Source: Rhodobacterales bacterium (lineage in GTDB: Bacteria; Pseudomonadota; Alphaproteobacteria; Rhodobacterales; Rhodobacteraceae). Taken from it: 64,000 nucleotides of DNA. Within the stretch, counting starts at the first letter, position 1. Each line of letters begins with the position of its first letter. Below are positions 47,718 through 57,780 of the stretch, one piece after another. The notes under the pieces are model-generated. The model ran no database searches and was not told the DNA's origin. It saw only the letters and a list, made by a program, of their open reading frames with translations. The DNA lies in the NCBI GenBank assembly GCA_003249215.1, contig QKJR01000063.1:6195-70194 (forward strand), given 5' to 3'. Both the position numbers and the translations under genes were made by a program.

Positions 47718-48530
47718 TCAAGGGGCCGGGATCAGCGCGGCATAGCCCTCGAAGGTCACGTTCTGCGCCACATGGCGCGCGGCAGCCTCGGCCTCGGGCG
47801 AGCGGATCGTCCAGCACAGGATCGCCGCGCCCGCAGCCTTGAGCGCGCCGACCCGGGTGCGCCCGAGATCGGAGGCCTCATGCGAGATGAAGGACGCGCC
47901 GAGCGCCTCGAAATCGGGGATCTCGCGCAGATGGGCGCAGGTGGCGGCGGGCAGGAGCGTCCAGTCCGCCGGCGCATAGGCCGAGGTGGTGAGTCCGACT
48001 GCAATCCCCGGTGCCGCCGCGCGGAAGGCCGCGATCGCATGGGGGTTGAAGGACATCACCGCGAGCGGACCGTCATAGCCCGCAAGTTCGGCGGCCACGG
48101 CGCGTTCCATCGGCCCGACCGTGGGGCCCATGCCGCCGTCCTGATCCTTGAGCTCGATCAGCAAAGGCACCCGGCCCCCCACGATCTGCAGCACCTCGGC
48201 CAGAGTCGGAATGCCGTCCTCGGCATCGAGGAGACGCGTCGCGCCAAGCTCGGCCGCGCTCAGGCCCCGGATCCGGCCCGAAACGCCGGTCAGGCGCTTC
48301 AGGTCATAGTCGTGAAACACCATCGGCACGCCCTCGGCCGAGGGCTGGATGTCGATCTCGATCCCATAGCCCGCCGCCACCGCCGCCCGGATCGCCGCAC
48401 GGCTGTTCTCGGGGCGCCCGGCGGCGCGATCATGCAGCGCCCGATGCGCGATCGGCAGGCGCAGAAAGGCCGGGTCGAGCGCCACCGGGGCGAGGGTCAG
48501 GGCCGCGACGGGCATGGGATCGGTCATCAT
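47718..48530 (-). CDS. Glycerophosphodiester phosphodiesterase family protein
   Basis: IAHRALH, PENS, GIEID, VFHD, ELK, WT. Confidence 0.9.
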   Translation of the reverse strand: MMTDPMPVAALTLAPVALDPAFLRLPIAHRALHDRAAGRPENSRAAIRAAVAAGYGIEIDIQPSAEGVPMVFHDYDLKRLTGVSGRIRGLSAAELGATRLLDAEDGIPTLAEVLQIVGGRVPLLIELKDQDGGMGPTVGPMERAVAAELAGYDGPLAVMSFNPHAIAAFRAAAPGIAVGLTTSAYAPADWTLLPAATCAHLREIPDFEALGASFISHEASDLGRTRVGALKAAGAAILCWTIRSPEAEAAARHVAQNVTFEGYAALIPAP

Positions 48531-48985
48531 TCGACCTCGAAGATCGCCTCGATCTCGACCGCGACGCCGCGCGGCAGGCTCGCCGCCGAGACCGCCGAGC
48601 GGGCATGACGCCCGGCCTCGCCGAAGACCTCGACCATCAGATCGGAACAGCCGTTGATCACCTCGGGCTGATCGGTGAATTCGGCCGTGGAATTGACGAA
48701 ACCGACGAGTTTCACCACCCGTTTGATCTTGTCGAGATCGCCGAGCGCGGCCTGCGCCTGCGCAATCAGCGCAAGCCCGCAGAACCGTGCCGCGGCGGCC
48801 CCTTCGGCCACATCCATGCCGGCGCCGAGCTTGCCCTTGATCATCCCCTCGGGGCCGGCCGAGATCTGACCCGAGATGAAGAGATGGGCGCCGGTGCGCA
48901 CGAAGGGCACGTAATTCGCCGCGGGCATCGGGGCCGCAGGCAGGGTGATGCCGAGCTCGGCCAGACGGGTTTCGATCTTGGACAT
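48527..48985 (-). CDS. RidA/YjgF-family protein
   Basis: ANYVP, ISGQ, NGCSDL, GRHARSAV, LP..VAVEIE. Confidence 0.92.
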   Translation of the reverse strand: MSKIETRLAELGITLPAAPMPAANYVPFVRTGAHLFISGQISAGPEGMIKGKLGAGMDVAEGAAAARFCGLALIAQAQAALGDLDKIKRVVKLVGFVNSTAEFTDQPEVINGCSDLMVEVFGEAGRHARSAVSAASLPRGVAVEIEAIFEVE

Positions 48986-48994
48986 GTTCTTTCC

Positions 48995-49453
48995 TTACCA
49001 GTCGATGAAGTCACGGAAATCGGCGAGCACGACGCGCCACAGGTCGATCGTATCGTCGAAGTTCTTGGCGCCGACCCCGTCGTAATCGAGGTTGATGTCA
49101 TATTCGATATGAGGGTCGCCCTCGTCGTCGAGGAAGGCCTTGCCGAAACGCTTGTCGCGGTTCCATTCGTTGATCGTCGAGGCGCTCATCGGCTGGTCGA
49201 GGTCGAAACCGGCCGAGAACTGGATCGACTGGCAGGGGCCGTCTTCGCAGCTGTAGAAATAGACATCGAAATTGGTGCCCTCGATCCGGGTCGAGAGCAG
49301 CGGATCGCCGACGCTGTCGGTATCTTGCGTCACCTGAAGGCCATAGGCCTGCAGCAGGTTCTGCACCACATCCGGGTCGCCCACGACCTGCGCCTGCGCG
49401 GCCCCGAGCCCGATCAGCGGCGCGATCAGGGCGCCGAGGATTGCCTGTTGCAT
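48995..49453 (-). CDS. YbjN-domain exported protein
   Basis: Signal peptide; GDP, FYSC..C.SIQF, NEWN...RF.KA.LD pattern. Confidence 0.75.
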   Translation of the reverse strand: MQQAILGALIAPLIGLGAAQAQVVGDPDVVQNLLQAYGLQVTQDTDSVGDPLLSTRIEGTNFDVYFYSCEDGPCQSIQFSAGFDLDQPMSASTINEWNRDKRFGKAFLDDEGDPHIEYDINLDYDGVGAKNFDDTIDLWRVVLADFRDFIDW

Positions 49454-49507
49454 CTGTCCCTCCGTCGTTCGCGCCGACCTTAGGGGCTCGGGCCGGGCTT
49501 GACCAGA

Positions 49508-52500
49508 TCAGGCGACGAGTTGTTCGGCGCGTTTGAGGTCGACCGAGACGAGCTGGCTCACACCCTGCTCCTGCATCGTGACACCGAAGAGACGATCCAT
49601 CCGGCTCATCGTCACCGCGTGGTGGGTGATGATCAGGAACCGCGTGTCGGTGCGCCGCGTCATCTCGTCCAGCAGATCGCAGAAACGGGTGACGTTCGCG
49701 TCATCGAGCGGCGCGTCGACCTCGTCGAGCACGCAGATCGGCGCCGGATTGGCGAGGAAGACCGCGAAAATGAGCGCCATTGCTGTGAGCGTCTGCTCGC
49801 CACCCGAGAGAAGCGAGAGCGTCGAGAGCTTCTTGCCCGGCGGCTGGCACATGATCTCGAGGCCGGCCTCGAGCGGGTCGTCGCTCTCGACCAGTTGCAG
49901 GTTCGCCTGACCGCCGCCGAAAAGGTGCGTGAAAAGGGTGCGGAAACTGTCGTTCACCTGCTCGAAGGCGGTCAGCAGCCGCTCGCGCCCCTCGCGGTTG
50001 AGGCCCGCGATGCCCGCGCGCAGCTTGCGGATCGCCTCCTCCAGATCGGCCTTTTCCTTGACCAGCGTGTCATGCTCTTCCTGCACCGAACGGGCGTCCT
50101 CCTCGGCGCGCAGGTTGACCGCGCCGAGCGCCTCGCGGCTGCGCTTGAGGCGGGCGACCTCGATCTCGAGCGCCTCCGATCCGGGCATCGCCTCCGGGTC
50201 GGCGTCGAGCGTCTCCAAGAGCGCCTCGGGCGTGGTGTCGAGCGCCTCGGCGATCCGTTCGGCGGTCTGCGCGAGCGTGGCGCGGGCGGCCTCGAGCCGG
50301 GTCTCGGCACGGGCGCGGCCCTCGCGCGCCTCGCCGGCCAGACGCTCGGCATCGCGCTCGGCGATCTGCGCCTCGCGCGCGGCGCCCTCGGCCTCCGACA
50401 GGCGGTCCTGCGCGGCGGCCCGGCGGGCCTCGGCATCCGCGATCGCCTCGCTCAGCTCGGCGCGTTTCTCGGCGAGCTCGGCGGGGATCTCCATCGCCTC
50501 CTCGAGCTCGGCCTGACTGTCCTCGCGGCGGGCGGCGAGTTCCGCGCTGCGCTTCTCGGCGGTTTCCAGACGATGGCGCCAGCCAGACAGCTCCTTGGTG
50601 ACCTCCTGCCGGCGGCGCAGGCGGGCCTCGCCCTCGCGGCGGATCTCGTCATGCGCCGAACGGCGGGTGATCATCGTGACCCGCGCCGCCTCGACCGTCA
50701 TCTTGATCGCATCGACCTCGCCGCGCGCGGCCTCGAGATCGGGCAGGGCGGCGGCCTGTGCCTCGGCCTCGGCCTGCGCGGTGCGCGCGGCCGTCGCGGT
50801 TTCGTCGTGCCGCGCGGTGGCCAGGCGCGCATTCTCCAGCTTGCCGGCCGAGATCGCGCGATCGGCCTCGGCCCGGCTGAGCGCCCGGCCCGCCTCTGCC
50901 ACTCGCTGATCGGCCAGACGCCGCGCCTCGCGGGCGCGGGCATCGGCCGCGCTCGCATCGGCGAGCTGGCGGGTCAGGGCCTCATGCGCCTGTGCGGCGC
51001 CGGTCGCACGGGCGGCCACCTCTTCGAGGTCGCGCTTGAGCTCGACGAGGCGGTTGAGCTGTTGCAGGCGCAGCGCGGCGGCGGTGGGCGCATCCTCGGC
51101 GCCCGCGCGGAACCCGTCCCAGCGCCACAGATCGCCCGCCTGACTGACCAGCCGCTGCCCGGGGCGCAACTGGTGCTGCAGCCGCGCGCCTTCCTCGGCA
51201 TCGGCCACCAGACCGATTTGCGCAATCCGGCGGCGCAGCACATCGGGCACCTCGACATGGGCCGAAAGCGGCTCGACCCCCACCGGCAGCGGCTGTGCGA
51301 CCTCGTAATCGGGCAGGAGGCCCCAGCCCGAGGCCGCCTCGCCCTCGACCTCGGGGGCGCGCAGATCGTCGGCCAGCGCCGCACCAAGCGCCGCCTCATA
51401 GCCGCGATCGACCCGCACGCGGTCGAGCAATTGATGCCCGGTCGCCGCCTCGCGCTCGACGAGACGCGCGAGCGCCGCCACTTCGGCGCGCAGCGCGCCG
51501 GCCTCGCCCTCGGCCTCGGACCGCGCCGCACGGGCGGTCGATTCGCGGGCCTGCACCTCGCTGCGGGCCTCTTCGGCGGCGGCCAGCGCCTCTTCGGCAA
51601 GCTCGGCTGCCTCCTGCGCCTCCTCGGACGCGGCTTGCGCGGCCTCGAACGCCTCGGCGGCACGCTCCAGCGCCTCGGCCGCCGTCTCGGCGGCGATCTC
51701 GGCGCGTTCGGACTCGGCCTCGGATTTCTCGGCGCTGGCGCGGGTATCGGCGACCAGACGCTGTGCCGAGAGGTGCCGCGCCGAAAGCCGGGCTACATCC
51801 TCGGTCAGCTCGCTTAGCACCGCTTCACGATCGGCCAGCACCTGCGCGGCCTCCGCCGCCTGATCCGCCGCCGCCTCGAGCTTGTCGTCATGGCCCTCGG
51901 CCGCCTTGCCGAGCTGGTTCATCTCCCAGTCGAGCCGCTCGATCGTCTCGCCGGCATCGCGGTTCAGCCCCGCCTCGCGCTCCATGTCGCGGTCGAGCTG
52001 CAGGATCCGGTTCTTGAGCGTCTCGATCTTCGCGGCCGCCTGCGCCTCCTGATCGCTGAGCTGATCGCGCTGCAGCACGAGGCGCTGCAGGATCGCCCCG
52101 GCAATCGCCTCTTCCTCGCGCAGCGGCGGCAGCGCCTCGTCATGCTCGGCCCGCGCCTTGGCAGCGGCGCGCGCGGCCATCTCGGCCTGGGCCGCGCCCT
52201 GCATCACCGCGCGCAGCGCCCCCTCGGCCTCGAGCCACGCCAGATCCGCCTCGCGCCAGCGCCGATAGAACAGCATCCCCTCGGAGCGGCGCAGCTCGGC
52301 CCCGATCTCGCGATAGCGCGCGGCCTGCCTTGCCTGCCGCGCCAACTGCGCCAGCTGGGTGCCGAGTTGCTCGATTACGTCGTCGACCCGTAGCAGGTTT
52401 TGTTCCGCCCCGCCCAACTTAAGCTCGGCTTCATGGCGACGCTGATAGAGCCCGGAAATCCCGGCGGCTTCCTCGAGGATCCGGCGGCGCGCCTTGGGTT

Positions 52501-52966
52501 TGGCGTTGATCAGCTCGGAAATCTGCCCCTGCCGCACGAGCGCGGGGCTGTGCGCGCCGGTGGAGGCGTCCGCAAACAGCATCTGCACGTCGCGCGCGCG
52601 CACATCCTTGGTGTTGACCTTATAGGCCGAGCCCGCATCGCGGGTGATCCGGCGCACGATCTCGACGCTGTCGGCATCGTTGAACCCCGAAGGCGCGAGG
52701 CGTTCGGTGTTGTCGATCGAGAGCGAGACCTCGGCGAAATGGCGCGCGCCACGGGTGGCGGCCCCGGCGAAGATCACGTCCTCCATCCCGCCGCCGCGCA
52801 TCGCCGAGGGGCGGTTTTCGCCCATCACCCAGCGCAAAGCCTCGAGCAGGTTCGACTTGCCGCAGCCATTGGGCCCGACGACGCCGGTCAACCCGTCATG
52901 GATCACCAGATCCGTCGGGTCGACGAAGCTCTTGAAGCCGTTCAGTCGCAGGCGGGTGAAGCGCAA
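49508..52966 (-). CDS. smc: Chromosome segregation protein SMC
   Basis: TTG start (MRFTRLRLNGFKSF), GPNGCGKSN Walker A, long coiled coils, LSGGE, LDEVDAPLD. Confidence 0.96.
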   Translation of the reverse strand: MRFTRLRLNGFKSFVDPTDLVIHDGLTGVVGPNGCGKSNLLEALRWVMGENRPSAMRGGGMEDVIFAGAATRGARHFAEVSLSIDNTERLAPSGFNDADSVEIVRRITRDAGSAYKVNTKDVRARDVQMLFADASTGAHSPALVRQGQISELINAKPKARRRILEEAAGISGLYQRRHEAELKLGGAEQNLLRVDDVIEQLGTQLAQLARQARQAARYREIGAELRRSEGMLFYRRWREADLAWLEAEGALRAVMQGAAQAEMAARAAAKARAEHDEALPPLREEEAIAGAILQRLVLQRDQLSDQEAQAAAKIETLKNRILQLDRDMEREAGLNRDAGETIERLDWEMNQLGKAAEGHDDKLEAAADQAAEAAQVLADREAVLSELTEDVARLSARHLSAQRLVADTRASAEKSEAESERAEIAAETAAEALERAAEAFEAAQAASEEAQEAAELAEEALAAAEEARSEVQARESTARAARSEAEGEAGALRAEVAALARLVEREAATGHQLLDRVRVDRGYEAALGAALADDLRAPEVEGEAASGWGLLPDYEVAQPLPVGVEPLSAHVEVPDVLRRRIAQIGLVADAEEGARLQHQLRPGQRLVSQAGDLWRWDGFRAGAEDAPTAAALRLQQLNRLVELKRDLEEVAARATGAAQAHEALTRQLADASAADARAREARRLADQRVAEAGRALSRAEADRAISAGKLENARLATARHDETATAARTAQAEAEAQAAALPDLEAARGEVDAIKMTVEAARVTMITRRSAHDEIRREGEARLRRRQEVTKELSGWRHRLETAEKRSAELAARREDSQAELEEAMEIPAELAEKRAELSEAIADAEARRAAAQDRLSEAEGAAREAQIAERDAERLAGEAREGRARAETRLEAARATLAQTAERIAEALDTTPEALLETLDADPEAMPGSEALEIEVARLKRSREALGAVNLRAEEDARSVQEEHDTLVKEKADLEEAIRKLRAGIAGLNREGRERLLTAFEQVNDSFRTLFTHLFGGGQANLQLVESDDPLEAGLEIMCQPPGKKLSTLSLLSGGEQTLTAMALIFAVFLANPAPICVLDEVDAPLDDANVTRFCDLLDEMTRRTDTRFLIITHHAVTMSRMDRLFGVTMQEQGVSQLVSVDLKRAEQLVA

Positions 52967-53063
52967 TCCGGGGGCCTTTCCGATTCCTCTCTGGATCCCG
53001 AGTGTCGTGGGGCGTGGCGCCCGAGTCAACGTCACGCCCCACGATCTGGCGGTTTGGGTGCGG

Positions 53064-53072
53064 TTATCCACA
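53064..53072 (+). promoter_or_regulatory. Perfect DnaA box upstream of smc
   Basis: TTATCCACA in the smc/cidA divergent intergenic region. Confidence 0.55.
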
Positions 53073-53171
53073 AGATATGCGCGAAACATCGCCGCGATTT
53101 CCGTCTTTCGGGGCGCGGCAAAGGGGCGTAGCTTGGCGCCCGCGAAAACGGGGGCGGCGAAAGGGGCGATC

Positions 53172-53528
53172 ATGGTTCCGGCATTGGCGATCATTCTGGC
53201 GTTTCAATTGGCGGGCGAGGTGATCTCGCGCGCGCTTCATCTTCCTTTGCCCGGGCCGGTTCTGGGGATGCTCGGGATGGTGGCGGCGCTGATGCTCTCG
53301 CAGCGGCTGAAGGAGCTGGTGCGGCCGACCGCGCAGGGGCTGCTCAATCATCTCTCGCTTCTCTTCGTGCCCGCGGGCGTGGGCGTCGTCGCGCATATCC
53401 CGACGCTGGTGGCGCATGGCGCGGCGCTCGCCGTCTCGCTCGTCGTCTCGACGCTCGCGGCCATCGTCGTCGGCGCTGTGGCCTTCACATGGGCCGCCCG
53501 CCTGATCGGGAGCGAACCCGATGACTGA
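53172..53528 (+). CDS. CidA/LrgA-family membrane protein
   Basis: FQLAGE, PLPGPVLGM, LLFVPAGVG. Confidence 0.92.
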   Translation: MVPALAIILAFQLAGEVISRALHLPLPGPVLGMLGMVAALMLSQRLKELVRPTAQGLLNHLSLLFVPAGVGVVAHIPTLVAHGAALAVSLVVSTLAAIVVGAVAFTWAARLIGSEPDD

Positions 53529-54237
53529 CGCCGCGCTGATCTGGTCCTATCTCGCGTCGAAGCCGCTTCTGTGGCTCACCGCGACGCTCTTTGCCTATTG
53601 GGCGGGCGATGCGATCTTCCGCTTCTCGCGGCGCTCGCCCTTTGCCAATCCGGTGATGCTCGCCGTGGTCTTTCTCGCGGTGCTGCTGACCGCGACGGGC
53701 ACCCCCTATCAGAGCTATTTCGAGGGCGCCCAATTCGTGCATTTCATGCTCGGGCCGGCGACGGTCTGCCTCGCGATCCCGCTGCACACGAACCTGCCCA
53801 AGGTGCGCCGGGCCTTGGTGCCGATCCTCGTGGCGCTTTTCGCGGGGTCGTTCACGGCGGTGGCCTCGGCGCTTGGCATCGCCAAGCTTCTGGGTGCCGA
53901 TGCGGTGCTGCTGGCGACGCTCGCGCCGAAATCGGCGACGGCGCCGGTGGCCATCGGCATTTCCGAGAGCCTCGGCGGCCAGCCCACGCTGACCGCGGTG
54001 CTGGTGCTGCTCACCGGCATGATCGGGGCGATCTTCGTCACGCCGATGCTGAATGCGCTGGGGCTTAGGGACTGGCGGGCGCGGGGCTTTGCCACCGGGG
54101 TCGCCGCGCATGGTATCGGCACGGCGCGCGCCTTCCAGGTGCATGATACCGCGGGCGCCTTCGCCTCGATCGGGATGGGGCTCAATGCGGTGCTCACGGC
54201 GTTTCTGGCGCCGCTCGTGCTGCATCTTTTTCAGTGA
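53521..54237 (+). CDS. LrgB/CidB-family membrane protein
   Basis: ANPV, LGPATV.LA.PL, PKSATAP, AHGIGTAR. Confidence 0.93.
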   Translation: MTDAALIWSYLASKPLLWLTATLFAYWAGDAIFRFSRRSPFANPVMLAVVFLAVLLTATGTPYQSYFEGAQFVHFMLGPATVCLAIPLHTNLPKVRRALVPILVALFAGSFTAVASALGIAKLLGADAVLLATLAPKSATAPVAIGISESLGGQPTLTAVLVLLTGMIGAIFVTPMLNALGLRDWRARGFATGVAAHGIGTARAFQVHDTAGAFASIGMGLNAVLTAFLAPLVLHLFQ

Positions 54238-54909
54238 TCAGCTCGGGCGCCGCGGCGGGCGGGGTTTGTAGACCGGCAGTTTCCAGCCCCAGTGCAGCGA
54301 GCCCGCGCGCAAAAGGAAGGTGACCGCTCCGCAGGCGAGCATCGCGGGCAGGCCGGGCGCGCCGAGGGCGGTGACGCCAAGCGCCGTGGCCGATCCCGCA
54401 AAGGCGCAGCTCAGGTAAAGCTCGCCCTGTTTGAGCACCAGCGGCACCTCGTTGCACACCACGTCGCGCATCAGCCCGCCGAACGATCCAGTCACCACCC
54501 CCATGATCAGCACGATCACCGGCCCATGCCCGAGCCCCATGGTGACCGCCACCCCCGCGGGCACGGCGACGGCCAGCGCCGCCGCATCGAGCCACAGAAG
54601 CGTGCGATAGCGGTTTTCCAGCAGATGCGCGGTGAAGAAAACCACGACGGCGGCCGCGGCAATCATCACGATCAGATCGGGCCGCCCGACCCAGAAGACC
54701 GGATCGCGGCCCAGAAGCAGATCGCGGATCGTGCCGCCGCCCACCGCGGTCAGCGCGGCGATGAAGATGAAGCCCACCAGATCGAGCAGGTTGCGCGATG
54801 CGACCAGCGCCCCGGTCAGTGCGAAAACGAGAACCGAGACGTAATCGAGCGCCACGCCGATCGGCAGCGTCACGAGATAGTCCAGAACCGGATGCTGATC
54901 CCCCGCCAT
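54238..54909 (-). CDS. Trimeric intracellular cation channel family protein (UPF0126/YadS)
   Basis: FALTGA, GGGTIRD, GGLMRD repeats. Confidence 0.9.
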   Translation of the reverse strand: MAGDQHPVLDYLVTLPIGVALDYVSVLVFALTGALVASRNLLDLVGFIFIAALTAVGGGTIRDLLLGRDPVFWVGRPDLIVMIAAAAVVVFFTAHLLENRYRTLLWLDAAALAVAVPAGVAVTMGLGHGPVIVLIMGVVTGSFGGLMRDVVCNEVPLVLKQGELYLSCAFAGSATALGVTALGAPGLPAMLACGAVTFLLRAGSLHWGWKLPVYKPRPPRRPS

Positions 54910-54942
54910 GGCGCCCCCTTGGTTGCGGGCGATGCTAGCGGG

Positions 54943-55401
54943 TTATTTCGCGCCCTTGAAGGGGGCCATTCCGGCACGCGCGAGCTCATCCGCGCGCTCG
55001 TTTTCGGCGTGACCGGCATGGCCCTTGATCCATTTCCAAGTGACCTTGTGGCGGGCCTGCGCGGCATCGAGCCGCTGCCACAGGTCGATGTTCTTCACCG
55101 GCTTCTTGTCGGCGGTGCGCCAGCCGTTGCGCTTCCAGCCGAAGATCCAACTGGTGACGCCGTTCTTCACATAGGCGCTGTCGGTGGTGATGGTGATTTC
55201 CGTGTCTCGGGTCAGGGCCTCGAGCGCGCTGATCGCGGCGAGCAGTTCCATTCGGTTGTTGGTGGTGTCGGCCTCGCCGCCATTCAGCTCGCGCTCCTTG
55301 AGCACGGCCGCCCCCTCCATCGCGCGCATCAGCACCCCCCAGCCCCCGGGGCCGGGGTTGCCGGAGCAGGCGCCATCTGTCCAGGCATGCAATTCGGGCA
55401 T
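54943..55401 (-). CDS. rnhA: Ribonuclease HI
   Basis: [43 protein letters not shown]. Confidence 0.97.
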   Translation of the reverse strand: MPELHAWTDGACSGNPGPGGWGVLMRAMEGAAVLKERELNGGEADTTNNRMELLAAISALEALTRDTEITITTDSAYVKNGVTSWIFGWKRNGWRTADKKPVKNIDLWQRLDAAQARHKVTWKWIKGHAGHAENERADELARAGMAPFKGAK

Positions 55402-56003
55402 CAGGCGCGCTCCAGCGCGAGGCGCAGGCCGAGGGCGGCAAAGCTCGCGGCAAAGGCGCGGCGCATCCAGGCGGTGACGGTGGGGCGGCTCAGCACCGCC
55501 TGCCGGCCGGAGGCGGCGAGCGCCGCATAGCCGAGGAAGACCGCGAATGTCATCGCGGCGAAGGCCACGCCAAGCGCGCCCATGACGCCAAGGCCATCGG
55601 TGGGCGCCATGAATTGCGGCAGGAAGGCGAGGAAGAACATCGGAAGTTTCGGATTGAGCAGATTGAGCATGATGCCCCGGCCGACGAGCCGCGCGACGGG
55701 CTGCGCGGCGGCCGCCTCGACCTGCAGGCCGCCGGTGCCTTTGAGCGTGCCCCATGCCATCCAGAGAAGGTAAGCGACGCCCGCATATTTCAGCGTCTGG
55801 AACAGCACCGCCGAGGTGTGCAGCACCGCGGCGAGTCCCGCCATCGCCACGCCCAGATGCACCAGCGTCGCGATGGTGCAGCCAAGCGCCGCCCAGAACC
55901 CGGCGCGGAAGCCTTGGCCGAGCGCGGTCGAGAGCGTGTAGACGACGCCGATCCCCGGCGCGAGGCAAACGACGAAGGCGGTCAGCAGAAACTCGATGCT
56001 CAT
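55401..56003 (-). CDS. LysE/RhtB-family translocator
   Basis: [27 protein letters not shown]. Confidence 0.92.
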   Translation of the reverse strand: MSIEFLLTAFVVCLAPGIGVVYTLSTALGQGFRAGFWAALGCTIATLVHLGVAMAGLAAVLHTSAVLFQTLKYAGVAYLLWMAWGTLKGTGGLQVEAAAAQPVARLVGRGIMLNLLNPKLPMFFLAFLPQFMAPTDGLGVMGALGVAFAAMTFAVFLGYAALAASGRQAVLSRPTVTAWMRRAFAASFAALGLRLALERA

Positions 56004-56947
56004 GCCGGGATCCTCAACACGCGGGGAACCTTGAATTCGATGTCTTCGCGCGCGGTCTCGACCAGTTCGACAGTGAGGTCATGACGCTCGCGGAAGGCGT
56101 CGATCACCTCGTTGATGAGCACCTCCGGCGCCGAGGCCCCGGCGGTGACGCCGACCGAGGCGATGCCCTCGAGCGCGCGCCAGTCGATGTCGGTCGCGCG
56201 CTGCACGAGCTGCGAATAGCTGCAGCCCGCGGCGCGGCCGACCTCGACGAGACGGCGCGAGTTCGAGCTGTTCGGCGCCCCGATCACCAGAAGTGCTGCG
56301 ATCTTCGGCGCGATCGCCTTGACCGCGGCCTGCCGGTTGGTGGTGGCATAGCAGATGTCGTCCTTGGCGGGGCCGACGATGGCCGGAAACCGCGCCTGCA
56401 GCGCCGCGACCACCTCGGCCGTGTCATCGACCGAAAGCGTCGTCTGGGTGATCCAGGCGAGGCGGTCCGGGTCGCGCGGATCAAGGCGCGCGACATCCTC
56501 GACCGTTTCCACAAGCAGAACTTCACCCGCGGGCAATTGCCCCATGGTGCCAAGTACTTCGGGGTGACCGGCGTGACCGATCATCACCATCTGCAGGCCC
56601 TCTTCGTGATGCCGCTCGGCCTCGATATGGACCTTGCTGACCAGCGGGCATGTGGCATCGACATAGATCATCTGACGCCGCTCGGCCTCGGCGGGCACCG
56701 CCTTGGGCACACCATGGGCCGAGAAGATGACGGGGCGGTCGGCGGGGCATTCGTCAAGCTCCTCGACGAAGACCGCACCCTTGTCGCGCAGCCCGTCGAC
56801 CACGAATTTGTTGTGCACGATCTCGTGGCGCACATAGACCGGCGCGCCCCATTTCTCGATCGCCATCTCGACGATCTTGATCGCGCGATCGACACCCGCG
56901 CAGAAGCCGCGCGGCGCGGCGAGATAGAGGGTCAGGGCTGGCTTCAT
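56000..56947 (-). CDS. ispH: 4-hydroxy-3-methylbut-2-enyl diphosphate reductase
   Basis: [40 protein letters not shown]. Confidence 0.97.
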   Translation of the reverse strand: MKPALTLYLAAPRGFCAGVDRAIKIVEMAIEKWGAPVYVRHEIVHNKFVVDGLRDKGAVFVEELDECPADRPVIFSAHGVPKAVPAEAERRQMIYVDATCPLVSKVHIEAERHHEEGLQMVMIGHAGHPEVLGTMGQLPAGEVLLVETVEDVARLDPRDPDRLAWITQTTLSVDDTAEVVAALQARFPAIVGPAKDDICYATTNRQAAVKAIAPKIAALLVIGAPNSSNSRRLVEVGRAAGCSYSQLVQRATDIDWRALEGIASVGVTAGASAPEVLINEVIDAFRERHDLTVELVETAREDIEFKVPRVLRIPA

Positions 56948-57022
56948 CGCGCTCTCCTTGGTCGCACCAGACCTAATGCGCGGCGCGCGCCTCGTCCACC
57001 CCGGCCGTTGTGTGGGCTGGGA

Positions 57023-57679
57023 TCAGAACTCGACCTCGAGCTCCTCGATCTCCTCGGGCTCGGCCAGCGCGCCTTCGGTCCATTCCACCATCGGCGCCCA
57101 GCTCAGGATCGTCTCGACATAGGTGTCGAGACGGGTCTCGAGCGGCACCGAATAGGTGCGGAAGCGGGTGCAGACCGGGGCATACATCGCATCGGCCACG
57201 GTCGGCGTCTTGCCGAAGAGGAACGGGCCGCCATAGGTCGCCAGGCATTCGAGCCAGATCGCCTTGACGCGCTCCACATCGGGGCGCGCACCGGAGAAGA
57301 TCTTGAAGCTCTCGTGACGCGCCTTGAGGTTCATCGGCAGCGCCGAGCGCAGATTGTAGAAGCCCGAATGCATCTCGCCCGCCACGGCGCGGCAATGCGC
57401 GCGCGCGGCGATGTCGGCGGGGAAGAGGCCGGCCTTGGGGAAGATCTCGTAGAGATATTCGGCAATGGCGAGCGTGTCCCAGACATCGACCTTGCCATGG
57501 GTCAGCCGCGGCACCAGAACCGAGGGCGAGAGCAACAGCAGCTCTTGCCGCACACCGGCATCCGAGAGGTCGACCATCGTCTCATTGAAGTCGAGGCCTG
57601 CCATCTTGCACAACAACCACCCGCGCAACGACCAGGACGAGTAGTTTTTTGATGAAATTGTAAGCGTCGCTTGTCCCAT
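57023..57679 (-). CDS. Glutathione S-transferase family protein
   Basis: NYSSWSLRGWL, SP..LVP, DTLAI.EY, EMHSGF, ADAMYAPV. Confidence 0.9.
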   Translation of the reverse strand: MGQATLTISSKNYSSWSLRGWLLCKMAGLDFNETMVDLSDAGVRQELLLLSPSVLVPRLTHGKVDVWDTLAIAEYLYEIFPKAGLFPADIAARAHCRAVAGEMHSGFYNLRSALPMNLKARHESFKIFSGARPDVERVKAIWLECLATYGGPFLFGKTPTVADAMYAPVCTRFRTYSVPLETRLDTYVETILSWAPMVEWTEGALAEPEEIEELEVEF

Positions 57680-57780
57680 CGTGGCTCCGATACTGTCAAA
57701 TGCTGCGCATCTGCTGATTTTTGTCGCAGGCTTGACGGGGAAGAGCCAAGCCTTTTCGCTGAGTCCCTGAAGGAAACGCC

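Noticed and set aside
52967-53194. N-terminal extension of SMC in the ORF track (likewise for cbiB, dapA, fdsA, rnhA, the LysR at 37834 and folK)
   Set aside because: Family homology starts at downstream start codons; the extensions overlap neighbouring genes or promoters.
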